Shown here piece by piece: positions 18,266 to 27,033 of a stretch of DNA of 64,000 bases. The notes beneath the pieces are model-generated. The model was not told where the DNA came from. It saw nothing but the letters and a program-made list of their open reading frames with translations, and made no database searches. The first letter of the stretch is position 1. Each line of letters opens with the position of its first letter. A program made the position numbers and the translations under genes. The stretch is from a virus (Duplodnaviria > Caudoviricetes). The stretch lies in the IMG/VR virus record IMGVR_UViG_3300037483_000925, positions 1 to 64,000 of that record, one strand, 5' to 3'.

Positions 18266-18855
18266 TTCTTTACCCAGAACCAGCTCGGCTTTTCGTCCCC
18301 GATACCGATGACATACCAGGGGGTTATTCCAAAGGCTCTGACATAGGCGTCCACCACCGGCCCCACCTGGCACCTGGAGGACAGGAAATAGTCGTGGCCG
18401 GAGACCACGCCCCCGGACCGGACCTTCCTGTCCCACCCGCATAGGTCCTGGGAGAAATCCTTGAATCCGTGATTGGCATCTATGTGGACGAAATCCAGAC
18501 TACCCTCCTCGAAATCATCCAAGGCCTCCATGGAGGTCTTCCTGAAAATCTCGCACTCGCACCCGACCAGGTTCGCCACGGCCGACCGATAGATGGCATT
18601 ACGCTTCCTCTGGTACATGGGGTCAACGGCCAAATGTTCAGGGGTGGCAAGCCAGGAATCGATGGCAAATACCATGAGCCCCGCCTCACACAACTTCTTG
18701 GAGAACCCGCCCTTGAATACCCCGATCTCCGCCCCCACGGCATAGCCCATGTCCCTGAAGAGCCGGGGCAGCTCATCCCGGGAGTGCCCGGGCAGCAGCC
18801 GGGGCGACTTCCTCCGGGTCAAGTCCTTGCGAGCCAACTCCTCCATGATGGTCAC
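18262..18855 (-). CDS. class I SAM-dependent methyltransferase (Methyltransf_24-like)
   Basis: GAEIGVFKG, LDFVHIDANH, GGVVSGHDY. Confidence 0.85.
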   Translation of the reverse strand: MTIMEELARKDLTRRKSPRLLPGHSRDELPRLFRDMGYAVGAEIGVFKGGFSKKLCEAGLMVFAIDSWLATPEHLAVDPMYQRKRNAIYRSAVANLVGCECEIFRKTSMEALDDFEEGSLDFVHIDANHGFKDFSQDLCGWDRKVRSGGVVSGHDYFLSSRCQVGPVVDAYVRAFGITPWYVIGIGDEKPSWFWVKK

Positions 18856-19502
18856 AGGTATCTCTCCCTCAATTCCCGACCGTTACCCCAGTAGGGAAGC
18901 TCCGGAATGTCCACCCTCTCCGAGTGGCTGTAGTGCCTCATTCCTCGCCCGGTCTTGATGGATACGCAGGGGTTCTCGGTCATGAACGGTTCATAGCTGT
19001 TGAAAAACTTCATCCTCTTCTCTTTGGGAAAGTTCTTCCTGGTCTCATCCCATTCGGGCTCCCCGTTAAGTAGCAGCCAAAGGCGGTCGATGTAGAACTC
19101 CCGATTAACGACCTGAGCCCAGGTACCACCCTCGGGCTTCCTCCAAAAGCAGTCCCGCTTATATCCCATCAGGTAGGTATTCCCATTCCGGTAGCAGGTA
19201 TCATCCCTCTCCGGCTGGAATAGGAAGTAGTCCGGAGGATAGAGGCAATCGGCCTCGGTCGAGATGATGAACCTGGTGTTGGCCGCCTCGCAGCCGATGA
19301 GTATCTGCCGGATCATATTGAACCCGGAAGTGCCGACTTCACCCACACAGATGTTCCTGCCAAAGCCGGTGGGCCTATGGGACACGCTGACAATAGGCAG
19401 GTCACCGCAATTCCCAAGAATGGTATTCTGGATCCTCCGCTCGAATTCCGGGGATTCCTTGTTGCTGGTGTAGTAGAGCACCGTGGCGTCAACGGATCCC
19501 AT
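18852..19502 (-). CDS. GT-A-like glycosyltransferase (TVLYY type, paralogue of 17124..17795)
   Basis: TVLYYTSN...PIVSVSHRP...ISTEADCLYP; start MGSVDA at 19502. Confidence 0.6.
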   Translation of the reverse strand: MGSVDATVLYYTSNKESPEFERRIQNTILGNCGDLPIVSVSHRPTGFGRNICVGEVGTSGFNMIRQILIGCEAANTRFIISTEADCLYPPDYFLFQPERDDTCYRNGNTYLMGYKRDCFWRKPEGGTWAQVVNREFYIDRLWLLLNGEPEWDETRKNFPKEKRMKFFNSYEPFMTENPCVSIKTGRGMRHYSHSERVDIPELPYWGNGRELRERYL

Positions 19503-20280
19503 GGCTCTCCAATATCCCCGCCAGCCCCTTGGTGACCAGAGGGTGGCCCATCTCGTTCCTGCCATGGACGCAGTAGGACATGTTGTCCTCACCGTTGTAC
19601 AAGGGCCGCCTATCAAACGGATGGAAATGGATCACCCTCAGGGGCTTCTCGGCCATAGCGTAGGCCTCGCCAACCAGGCGGCGCCTCGTGGCCAGGTTGT
19701 AGGTTATGTTCAACTTCCTGACCCGGTCCCTGATATGGCCGTACTTGCCCTTCTTGAGGGTTTCCAGTAACATGATCTCCTCATTGACCTTGTACCGGTA
19801 CATCTCCACCTTCAGTAGTTTGAAGATGTCCAGGGACCCGGACCGGAAGAATATGGTCCCTGTGCTCCATCTTTTGTCCCGGCCCCGGTTCAGGGAGGAC
19901 CGGCCATAGTCGGTGACCCCGATCTCGGAAGGGCCGATCCCCACCTCGGCCTCGTCAATGGAGGCGAGCTGGAAGGCATCAAGGTCATGGAACCAGTACA
20001 ATTCGTTATCCTCTATCAATCCCCGCTCAAATAAAGCAATAATGGCGTTGATCTTGCTGGCGGTGGGGGAATGCTCGCACCAGGCATCGTCCCCGATCTC
20101 CAGGGCTTTCACCCCCCTGTACTCGTAGGGGAAATTGGTTACCAGCCAGATATCATCCCTGACCCATCCCAGTCTGATGCTATTGTCTATCTGGACCCTG
20201 GCCAGGATGTCGGCCTCGTTCCCCCAGTCCAGGCCGGTGAACGCCTTCTTGGGGCTGATGTAGATCATCAGGTTCTTCAT
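19489..20280 (-). CDS. nucleotide-diphospho-sugar transferase-like (MKNLMIY type)
   Basis: YWFHDLDAFQ DxD motif, TGTIFF, NITYN, IHFHP; start at 20280. Confidence 0.6.
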   Translation of the reverse strand: MKNLMIYISPKKAFTGLDWGNEADILARVQIDNSIRLGWVRDDIWLVTNFPYEYRGVKALEIGDDAWCEHSPTASKINAIIALFERGLIEDNELYWFHDLDAFQLASIDEAEVGIGPSEIGVTDYGRSSLNRGRDKRWSTGTIFFRSGSLDIFKLLKVEMYRYKVNEEIMLLETLKKGKYGHIRDRVRKLNITYNLATRRRLVGEAYAMAEKPLRVIHFHPFDRRPLYNGEDNMSYCVHGRNEMGHPLVTKGLAGILESHGIR

Positions 20281-21188
20281 ACCCGTCTCACAAATATGTC
20301 CTGGTGACCCAGGTGAACCCACATGGAGTAGCGGTGGTTCCCATCCAGTATCCGGCCAGCGGCATCGACTATGATCGTCCTCTTGAGACCGTTGTCCTTG
20401 ACATCCTGGTACAGGGCCACCTTCCTCTCCACCCACCGGTTGAGGTAATCCTCGGTCCACTTGGCTCGGTATTTCTTCAATATCCGGTAGTAGCCAGTGT
20501 CCTTGTAATTCATACCGGAGTCGAGCTGCCCGTAGAACCGATCCTGGACATGGTTGCTGGAATCCAGGGAATCGACCGCCGCCCTGGCCACGGACCCGGA
20601 CCTAAAGCACAGGCTCCGCAGCTTGCGGGCATGCGGCCCAGCCTGGGGTAGGGCATCGATGAACCCGACCTCCTCCCAGTCCCGAAAGAAGCCCCTGATA
20701 TCGTCTATGTCGGATGAGGGGTGGCATCGGTTGAGAAATTTCTTCTCATCAGTCACGACGATGCAATAGGCGGTCTTGCGCCGGAGCCCGTCCAGGTAGT
20801 CCAGCCAGTCCTCAATCCTAAAATAATAATGGCTGTTGGCCAGAACGGTGTAGTCGGCCACGGGCAGGGAGTCAAGGGAATCCTCCATCCTGGCCTTGAT
20901 GATCCGGTAATTGCCGCCGTTCCTATCCCGCCATTCGATGCCCCGGGCCACGGCCTCGGAGCTGGAATCCACACCCACGGCGTCGAAGCCCCGGTCCTCG
21001 GCTAGCTTGAGAAACAGGCCGGCATTACAGCCCATATCCACCAGGATCAGACCGGAGGCATCCCCAGACAGAAACGGGGCCACGAAATTATTCCACTTGC
21101 CCTCATTCCAGAACGGGGACCCGAGCTCCTGGAAATCACGCTCAGTTTGAGGCACGTCCAGGCACTGGTATGTGGAGTATGCCTTCAT
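20277..21188 (-). CDS. class I SAM methyltransferase fused to a C-terminal ParB/Srx-like domain
   Basis: LVDMGCNAGLF...AVGVD N-terminally; IIVDAAGRILDGNHRY C-terminally; start MKAYST at 21188. Confidence 0.75.
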   Translation of the reverse strand: MKAYSTYQCLDVPQTERDFQELGSPFWNEGKWNNFVAPFLSGDASGLILVDMGCNAGLFLKLAEDRGFDAVGVDSSSEAVARGIEWRDRNGGNYRIIKARMEDSLDSLPVADYTVLANSHYYFRIEDWLDYLDGLRRKTAYCIVVTDEKKFLNRCHPSSDIDDIRGFFRDWEEVGFIDALPQAGPHARKLRSLCFRSGSVARAAVDSLDSSNHVQDRFYGQLDSGMNYKDTGYYRILKKYRAKWTEDYLNRWVERKVALYQDVKDNGLKRTIIVDAAGRILDGNHRYSMWVHLGHQDIFVRRV

Positions 21189-21799
21189 TCCTCCTCCAGG
21201 AAATCGGTCACGAAATGCCACTCGGCATCGGTCGGGACATTGAACAAATTGGCCAAGCACCGGCCCAAGTCATTGGAGGTGCCGTAGACGTGGCCGTGGA
21301 GCTTTAATAAATCAGCGGATAAGACAAAGGGCATATCAATGTTGTGCGAATACCGGTAGAATCTCCCGGTCCTTTCCATATGGGGCTTCGCCGGATCAAC
21401 CGCTCCCCACCAGCCCGCCTCATCCAGGGCCTGGACCGTGCCGCTGGACCATTTCCAATGCGGGGCGCAGAATCCCCTCTCGAACGGCAGGCCGTCCCTG
21501 CCAAATGCCTCCTCGATGGCCGGCATGATCTTCAGCTTCATGGTACCGTAGTCACAATTCCTGAACTCCGCCCCGTGGTGGTCGAAGCCGTGGGGGATGA
21601 TCTGAATCCAGTCTAGATTCTCCTTCACCCTGGCGAGCAGTTCATCCCTGATGAGGTACAGCCCAAAGTCCGCCCTCCTGTCCATCGGCACGGTAAACAG
21701 GGAGACCTTGAACCCGGGATAGCGGTCCTTGAGCGTCAGCAGCAGGTCCAGCCTGCTATTGACGACGCTGAAGTCGTGCAGGTCCAGACTGACCTTCAT
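21185..21799 (-). CDS. polysaccharide deacetylase-like (NodB/CE4 superfamily) protein
   Basis: LDLHDF, IIPHGFDH, GFCAPHW, KLHGH metal-binding pattern. Confidence 0.75.
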   Translation of the reverse strand: MKVSLDLHDFSVVNSRLDLLLTLKDRYPGFKVSLFTVPMDRRADFGLYLIRDELLARVKENLDWIQIIPHGFDHHGAEFRNCDYGTMKLKIMPAIEEAFGRDGLPFERGFCAPHWKWSSGTVQALDEAGWWGAVDPAKPHMERTGRFYRYSHNIDMPFVLSADLLKLHGHVYGTSNDLGRCLANLFNVPTDAEWHFVTDFLEEE

Positions 21800-22470
21800 A
21801 TCCTCTTCCTCATGGCGAACACCCGATGGCGCTTAGGATCGGTCTTTTCCTCGTTAAACCATTTGGCTAGCTTGGCCCTTATCCTTCCCCTCGGCCCGTG
21901 GATCTCGATGGAAACCTGGCCTATCCTTGACACCAGGCTGTCGTCCAGGTCCTTGACTATCCGGTGCTCGGCGCCCTCGCAATCCAACTTGAGGAGATCG
22001 CAATGGCCCGGGCAGTGGTCCCGGAACACCTCGTGGATGGAGATGGACTTGACAACCTGGAAGCTCCCCGGGTCCAGCCCCTCGATCAGGTCCGGGTATG
22101 CCGACGTGGCTCCGGAATTATGGGGATGGACAAAGAGCCTGGTCTCCCCGGGCTCGCCCACGGCCAAGTTCAGGCAATGAATCCGGTCCTTGAATCCGTT
22201 GACCTCCACATTATAGCACAGGACCTCGTAGTTGTAGGCCTCGGGCTCGAATGCCCAGACCTCGGCCCCGGCCCAGGCCGCCAGGATGGAAAAGGCCCCG
22301 ATATTGGCCCCAATATCAACCACCACCTTGGGGTTCTCCGGCAAACGGTAGTAATCCTCCCCGCCCAAAATCTCCTTGATGATCTTCTCGTCATGGTACC
22401 GGTACCGGGTCCGGAACTGGAACCCGAAGAAGCCCGTATCGTCATTCAGCGACCTGTCTACCCGATACAT
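21796..22470 (-). CDS. FkbM family methyltransferase
   Basis: VVDIGANIGAFS, VWAFEP, DLLKLDCEGAE. Confidence 0.92.
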   Translation of the reverse strand: MYRVDRSLNDDTGFFGFQFRTRYRYHDEKIIKEILGGEDYYRLPENPKVVVDIGANIGAFSILAAWAGAEVWAFEPEAYNYEVLCYNVEVNGFKDRIHCLNLAVGEPGETRLFVHPHNSGATSAYPDLIEGLDPGSFQVVKSISIHEVFRDHCPGHCDLLKLDCEGAEHRIVKDLDDSLVSRIGQVSIEIHGPRGRIRAKLAKWFNEEKTDPKRHRVFAMRKRI

Positions 22471-23168
22471 GATATCCCCGCCTCGGCAAATGCCTGCCTC
22501 AATCCCGGATTCATGGCCGCCGAAAACTTGCTCATGAGATAACCGCCCCGCTTCGTAGGATGAAAATGGAGCACTTTAATGGGTTTTTCCGCCTTCCTGA
22601 GATTAGACTCTACCCGGTGCATATTGATGTTATAGGCCACATCCAGGACCTTGTACCGACCGGGGGCGAGTCCTCCTTCCATCATCATCTCCAGGGCCGT
22701 CTCCTCCAGTACCTTCTTCTCATAGATGATTTCCCTCATGGACCCGAAGATGTCAGCGGCGCCTATCCCAAAAAACATGCTGCCGGTATTCAGCTTCCTG
22801 GACCAGCCAAGATCGGTCACCCCCAGGTCGCACATACCCAAGCCCAGGACATCCTTCGTGATGGGGCCGACCTGGAAGGCGTCAAAATCATGGTACCAAT
22901 AGATTCTGCCATCCTCCACCAATCCTCTCCTGAACAGGTCCACGATAACATTGATCTTGCTCATCCTACGGTCGAAAGTGCAGAAATTATCGTCATCCGC
23001 CCTCATGGCCCTAACCCTGCTGTACTCGTAGGGGAAATTGGTCACCAGCATGATATCCCCAGGCTCCCAGCCGAGGGTTAGGCTATTGTCTATCTGGACC
23101 CTGACAAGTTGGCTGTACTCACCCTCGAAGGCCCATCTGGGATTGATGTAGATCATCAGGTTCTTCAT
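22458..23168 (-). CDS. nucleotide-diphospho-sugar transferase-like (MKNLMIY type, paralogue of 19489..20280)
   Basis: YWYHDFDAFQ DxD motif, LNTGSMFF, EETAL, LHFHP. Confidence 0.6.
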   Translation of the reverse strand: MKNLMIYINPRWAFEGEYSQLVRVQIDNSLTLGWEPGDIMLVTNFPYEYSRVRAMRADDDNFCTFDRRMSKINVIVDLFRRGLVEDGRIYWYHDFDAFQVGPITKDVLGLGMCDLGVTDLGWSRKLNTGSMFFGIGAADIFGSMREIIYEKKVLEETALEMMMEGGLAPGRYKVLDVAYNINMHRVESNLRKAEKPIKVLHFHPTKRGGYLMSKFSAAMNPGLRQAFAEAGISCIG

Positions 23169-23782
23169 GTCCTATGCCTCACCACAATCAGGCAATCGTT
23201 CCTACGGCTCGGGGCGGTGAAGTTGATCCTCTCGCAGTCATAGTCCCCGTCCAGGCGTTCCAAAATGTACTCTGGAGTCCTCACATCCTCGATGATGTAG
23301 GTGACCGATTTCCAAAGCAGAGGCATCAGGGTCCGGCAGGCAAATACCTGGTTCCTCTTGAGGTGGCTGGCGTCATCCACCAGGAGGTCGATGTCCGGGC
23401 CGGTCTGGCCAATGAGCATCTCCAAGTCCTCGGCCTTCCTCTCATCCACGACGAATGTCCTGATCCGCTCGGCCTCCAGCATGGACGCTGGCTGAATGTC
23501 GGCCCCGTAGACCAGGGCATTGGAGAAGAAATCCCGCCACATCAGGAGGCTGGCCCCTTTCTGGTAGTATCTCTTCAAGTGTTTGTCATAGATGATTGAT
23601 ACGTGGTCCATGGTCTCGTCATAGCCGATGCCCAGCTCCAGGATCTTCCTAATGGACTCCCGCCGGCTGCTGAACATTTTATAATAGAACGGGGTGTAGC
23701 TATGCACCAGTTGGGGGCACTTGTCGGTCCCGTACTTGTAGGCGATGTCGCAGAGCTCGGTGGTCTGGATGTCGGCCTGCAT
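23165..23782 (-). CDS. sugar O-methyltransferase-like class I SAM enzyme
   Basis: YGTDK...HSYTPFY...ILELGIG...GASLLMWRDFF...VYGADI...IDLLVDDASH; start MQADIQ at 23782. Confidence 0.8.
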   Translation of the reverse strand: MQADIQTTELCDIAYKYGTDKCPQLVHSYTPFYYKMFSSRRESIRKILELGIGYDETMDHVSIIYDKHLKRYYQKGASLLMWRDFFSNALVYGADIQPASMLEAERIRTFVVDERKAEDLEMLIGQTGPDIDLLVDDASHLKRNQVFACRTLMPLLWKSVTYIIEDVRTPEYILERLDGDYDCERINFTAPSRRNDCLIVVRHRT

Positions 23783-24639
23783 CAGCAGTTCCCCCAAGTG
23801 GGCACGGGCGAGAACCTCTCTACCAGCCAGGACAGGGGATGGAGCATGCCCGGATCCCCGCCGTTGGTCCAGTGCCTCGCCGCCCACTCGTTCCCGGCCA
23901 GGGCCTGGGCATCCCCTTTGTGACGCCTGGAGAAGCCCCCTCCCAGGTAGTGGTGCCTGCGTTTGGACAGGTGGGCGTACCAAGTGTTCTTATTGACCTT
24001 GATCTCGCCGCCGCCCAGCCAGTACCTGAGCCCGATCTCCAGCTGGTCCCCGGAGAAGGGGCCGTAGGTCTCCGGCCTGTCGTCCAGGAGGCCCACCTGC
24101 TCAAGGAAATATCTTCGGTGGGCCAGCCAGAACGAACCCTGGAAGGCCATGGTCTCGTCCACGGCGATCCCCCGCCTGGCCCGGTCCCGGCTCTTCCATT
24201 CTCCCACGAACATGCCATATCCGGACTCGGATTCGACCGGGGCCGAGAAATAATGGTAGTCCCGGAAATACCTGGTGATCCTGGCCGGCTCCCAGGAATC
24301 CTCGTCCAGGGAATAGCGCCTGGGGATGATCAGGTGGCTGGGGGCCATGTCCCTGGTCAGGATGAAGTCGAACCCGGGGGCGAAGGCCACATGGGCATCG
24401 ACCTTGGCCACGAACTCCCCCTTGGCCGCCTCCAGGCCAGCATTGATGGCTCCCCTCATACCCCGGTTCCTTTTGAGGACGACGGGTTGGACCCTGGAGT
24501 CCTTGGGTAGGGGGCCGGGGTCATAGCCGTCGATCACCGGGATGACCTCGACCTCGCCAGCGGCGTTGGCCAGCAGGGAGTCAATGGTCCGGTTCAGGTA
24601 GGGCTCCTCGAAGGCCGGTATGATGATGCTGAGCTTCAT
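23782..24639 (-). CDS. glycosyltransferase family 2
   Basis: KLSIIIPAFEE...PVIDG...GMRGAINAG...AKVDAH. Confidence 0.9.
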   Translation of the reverse strand: MKLSIIIPAFEEPYLNRTIDSLLANAAGEVEVIPVIDGYDPGPLPKDSRVQPVVLKRNRGMRGAINAGLEAAKGEFVAKVDAHVAFAPGFDFILTRDMAPSHLIIPRRYSLDEDSWEPARITRYFRDYHYFSAPVESESGYGMFVGEWKSRDRARRGIAVDETMAFQGSFWLAHRRYFLEQVGLLDDRPETYGPFSGDQLEIGLRYWLGGGEIKVNKNTWYAHLSKRRHHYLGGGFSRRHKGDAQALAGNEWAARHWTNGGDPGMLHPLSWLVERFSPVPTWGNC

Positions 24640-24866
24640 TTGGGCCACTCCGTACAGACCAGTTCAATATCCCTGATCTCAGAAATCAAAGGAAAGGCCA
24701 TTAGGATTTTTCCATCTTTAGAATCGTATTTGATTATCTGACCGAAGGAGTCATCAGCGGCAATAATATGCTCATTGATAATCTCTCGTCCCGTAACCCT
24801 GTCAAATACCGTCCATGCCCAAGGATTAGGAATTCTGCCGCTTTCATCTCTCATATCTACTCTCAT
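24636..24866 (-). CDS. hypothetical protein (AT-rich insert in the GT cluster)
   Basis: 76 aa from MRVDMRD, ATGA overlaps on both sides. Confidence 0.5.
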   Translation of the reverse strand: MRVDMRDESGRIPNPWAWTVFDRVTGREIINEHIIAADDSFGQIIKYDSKDGKILMAFPLISEIRDIELVCTEWPK

Positions 24867-25669
24867 AATCCCCACCTTGGCCTGATCACGGCCTCGTAAT
24901 AGTCCCGCCACACTTTCAAACAATATGCCCCGCTGTCCACGGTATTGGCCGGGTTCTCCTTGGTTCCATTGTTATGGGTCCGGGAGAAGGAACGATGCTT
25001 ATGGGCAAACCAAGTATTCTTGTTAAGCACCAGCTTGCCCCCGGCCTGCCAGGTCTTGAAAACCATCTCGTGTGAGTCCTGGGTCAGGGGTCCGTAGCCC
25101 TCGGTCTGGAGCTCCCCGATCACGTCCAGCCACCACTGCCAGGGCATGACCCAACAGGACCCCTGCATGGCCATGGTTTGGTCTATCATCTTATGGGCAT
25201 TGGCCTTGTCTCGGGCAGGCCACCTGACTCCGGAGAACTTCTGAGGTCCGCCCTCGGGACCCTGGATGGCCAGCCTCTCGTAATCGACGTGGGGGTGATC
25301 CTGCATCACCTCCCACCTGACCGGATCCAGGAAGAATCTCCGGGCGGTCATGATCCAATTATGACGGCAGGACTCGACCATGATGCGGTCGAAACCCTGG
25401 GCAAACATGCAGTGCTCATCAGTTCGACAAATAAACTCGCCACGGGCCACGGAAACCCCGGCATTGATAGCAGCCCTCATGCCCCGGTTCCGGCCCAGGT
25501 GGACGTACCGGACCCGGGGGTCCTGCACTAAATCAAACTCTGGCCAGTAGCCATCGAGCACAGCAATGACCTCAAGTCGATCCCCGAGCTCGGAGGTGGC
25601 CAAGATAGAATCAATGGTCCTGGCCAGCAATGGGTCCTTATAACTCGGGATGATGACTGACAGTTTCAT
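24863..25669 (-). CDS. glycosyltransferase family 2
   Basis: KLSVIIPSYKD...AVLDG...GMRAAINAG...CRTDEH; start at 25669. Confidence 0.9.
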   Translation of the reverse strand: MKLSVIIPSYKDPLLARTIDSILATSELGDRLEVIAVLDGYWPEFDLVQDPRVRYVHLGRNRGMRAAINAGVSVARGEFICRTDEHCMFAQGFDRIMVESCRHNWIMTARRFFLDPVRWEVMQDHPHVDYERLAIQGPEGGPQKFSGVRWPARDKANAHKMIDQTMAMQGSCWVMPWQWWLDVIGELQTEGYGPLTQDSHEMVFKTWQAGGKLVLNKNTWFAHKHRSFSRTHNNGTKENPANTVDSGAYCLKVWRDYYEAVIRPRWGL

Positions 25670-25758
25670 ATAATTTTCCTTCCTTCCTTCCGGCTCTCCT
25701 TGCTGGAGATCAGGTAGGAGGCGCGGCCGTCCCGGGTCTGGGGGTGCTGACGGCTCAT

Positions 25759-27021
25759 TTAGTATCTCGCACTCACAGCCTGGCCGTCGATGGCGGAGCA
25801 GGACTGGCCGTCGATGATGATGCCGGTTATCCCCATAAAACCACAAATAGAGGCATTTCCAATCCTAACTGTTGGGGTTCCTGCCGGGGTGCATTGCACA
25901 GCCAAAAGCGATCCGGCAGCGACAGATACGTTCTCGACATGATTCCCGGACACATCAGACGCCCCAGAGATAGCCACAGATTCGGCGGTAGACACCCCAT
26001 CGTCATATAATGCAAAGGTGTAGCTCTTCCCCGCCCCTGGTGCACCACTCAGGACAGCATAGATGCTCTTGGCAGTGAAGGCATTTGCGGCCACTTGGTA
26101 AGCATTGGCCACCGTAGCCCATGATACTCCTGGGTCGCCAGTTGTTACCGGGGAATATTTCACATTGGCCGTATCCAGATTGCGGCCACTGGACATCGGA
26201 ATGATGAAATCTCCGTCAACATCAGCGACAAACGTCAAGCCTATCCGGGAAGCGCTAGCTGCCGGGGCATTGGCAAGCGTGCTCATTATGGTTATTTTTT
26301 CCCCAGCAGCGGCGTGATAGCTATTTGTTAAGTCGTTCCCGCTGGTGGCGGTCTCTGAAATGGTTACGGAGACATTTCCAGGGGCACCAACCGATCCGGC
26401 GTTCGACCTTAATGTAAATGTCCTGGTTTTCCCACTCGCCGCAGCACCAGGGGCGATACTAAGATAGACATACAAATTCTTAAATGTCCCGGCACAGGGG
26501 ACGGTGAATTGGCAATCCGTCTCTGTTGTACTTGCATATGCAGCACCGGTCAATGACGCATATTGGGTATCTGTGGTGGACAAGTTGACAAGAGCGTTTC
26601 CAAACAGCATGCTCTCTGCTGCTGTCGTGGAATCAAATTGAAACCCCCAATAGACAACGGCTGCGCCAGGGGTATTCGCAGCATCGACCTTCAAGCCAAT
26701 TGTCTGAGTGGCAGAAACAGCGGCGGTATGAACCAGATCGGAGTTTTCTACCTGGGCGGCTCCTGAAATTGACGTGGTTATTGCAGTCGGGGTTCCGTTC
26801 ACGACTAGCGTGAACGTCCAACTTTTTACGGGGTCACCTGCCCCCGGAGCGGCGGACACGATTACCCAAAGTCTGCTAAGAGTTCCCCCGGTAGAGGCCC
26901 GCTGCTGCCTTAATGATTCAACTCCACTGCTAGCCGCTGAACCTATAGGAAGGAAATAGACAGTCCCTGTAGTCGGCAGGGCATTAGCACCGCTTGACCC
27001 GAAATAGAGAGAGGATGACAT
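25759..27021 (-). CDS. virion structural protein with three tandem beta-sandwich-like repeats
   Basis: Three ~130-aa units each with S-x-APGA(G/A)...K(S/T)(W/R/Y)TF(T/A)L. Confidence 0.65.
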   Translation of the reverse strand: MSSSLYFGSSGANALPTTGTVYFLPIGSAASSGVESLRQQRASTGGTLSRLWVIVSAAPGAGDPVKSWTFTLVVNGTPTAITTSISGAAQVENSDLVHTAAVSATQTIGLKVDAANTPGAAVVYWGFQFDSTTAAESMLFGNALVNLSTTDTQYASLTGAAYASTTETDCQFTVPCAGTFKNLYVYLSIAPGAAASGKTRTFTLRSNAGSVGAPGNVSVTISETATSGNDLTNSYHAAAGEKITIMSTLANAPAASASRIGLTFVADVDGDFIIPMSSGRNLDTANVKYSPVTTGDPGVSWATVANAYQVAANAFTAKSIYAVLSGAPGAGKSYTFALYDDGVSTAESVAISGASDVSGNHVENVSVAAGSLLAVQCTPAGTPTVRIGNASICGFMGITGIIIDGQSCSAIDGQAVSARY

Positions 27022-27033
27022 GATGTGTATCTC

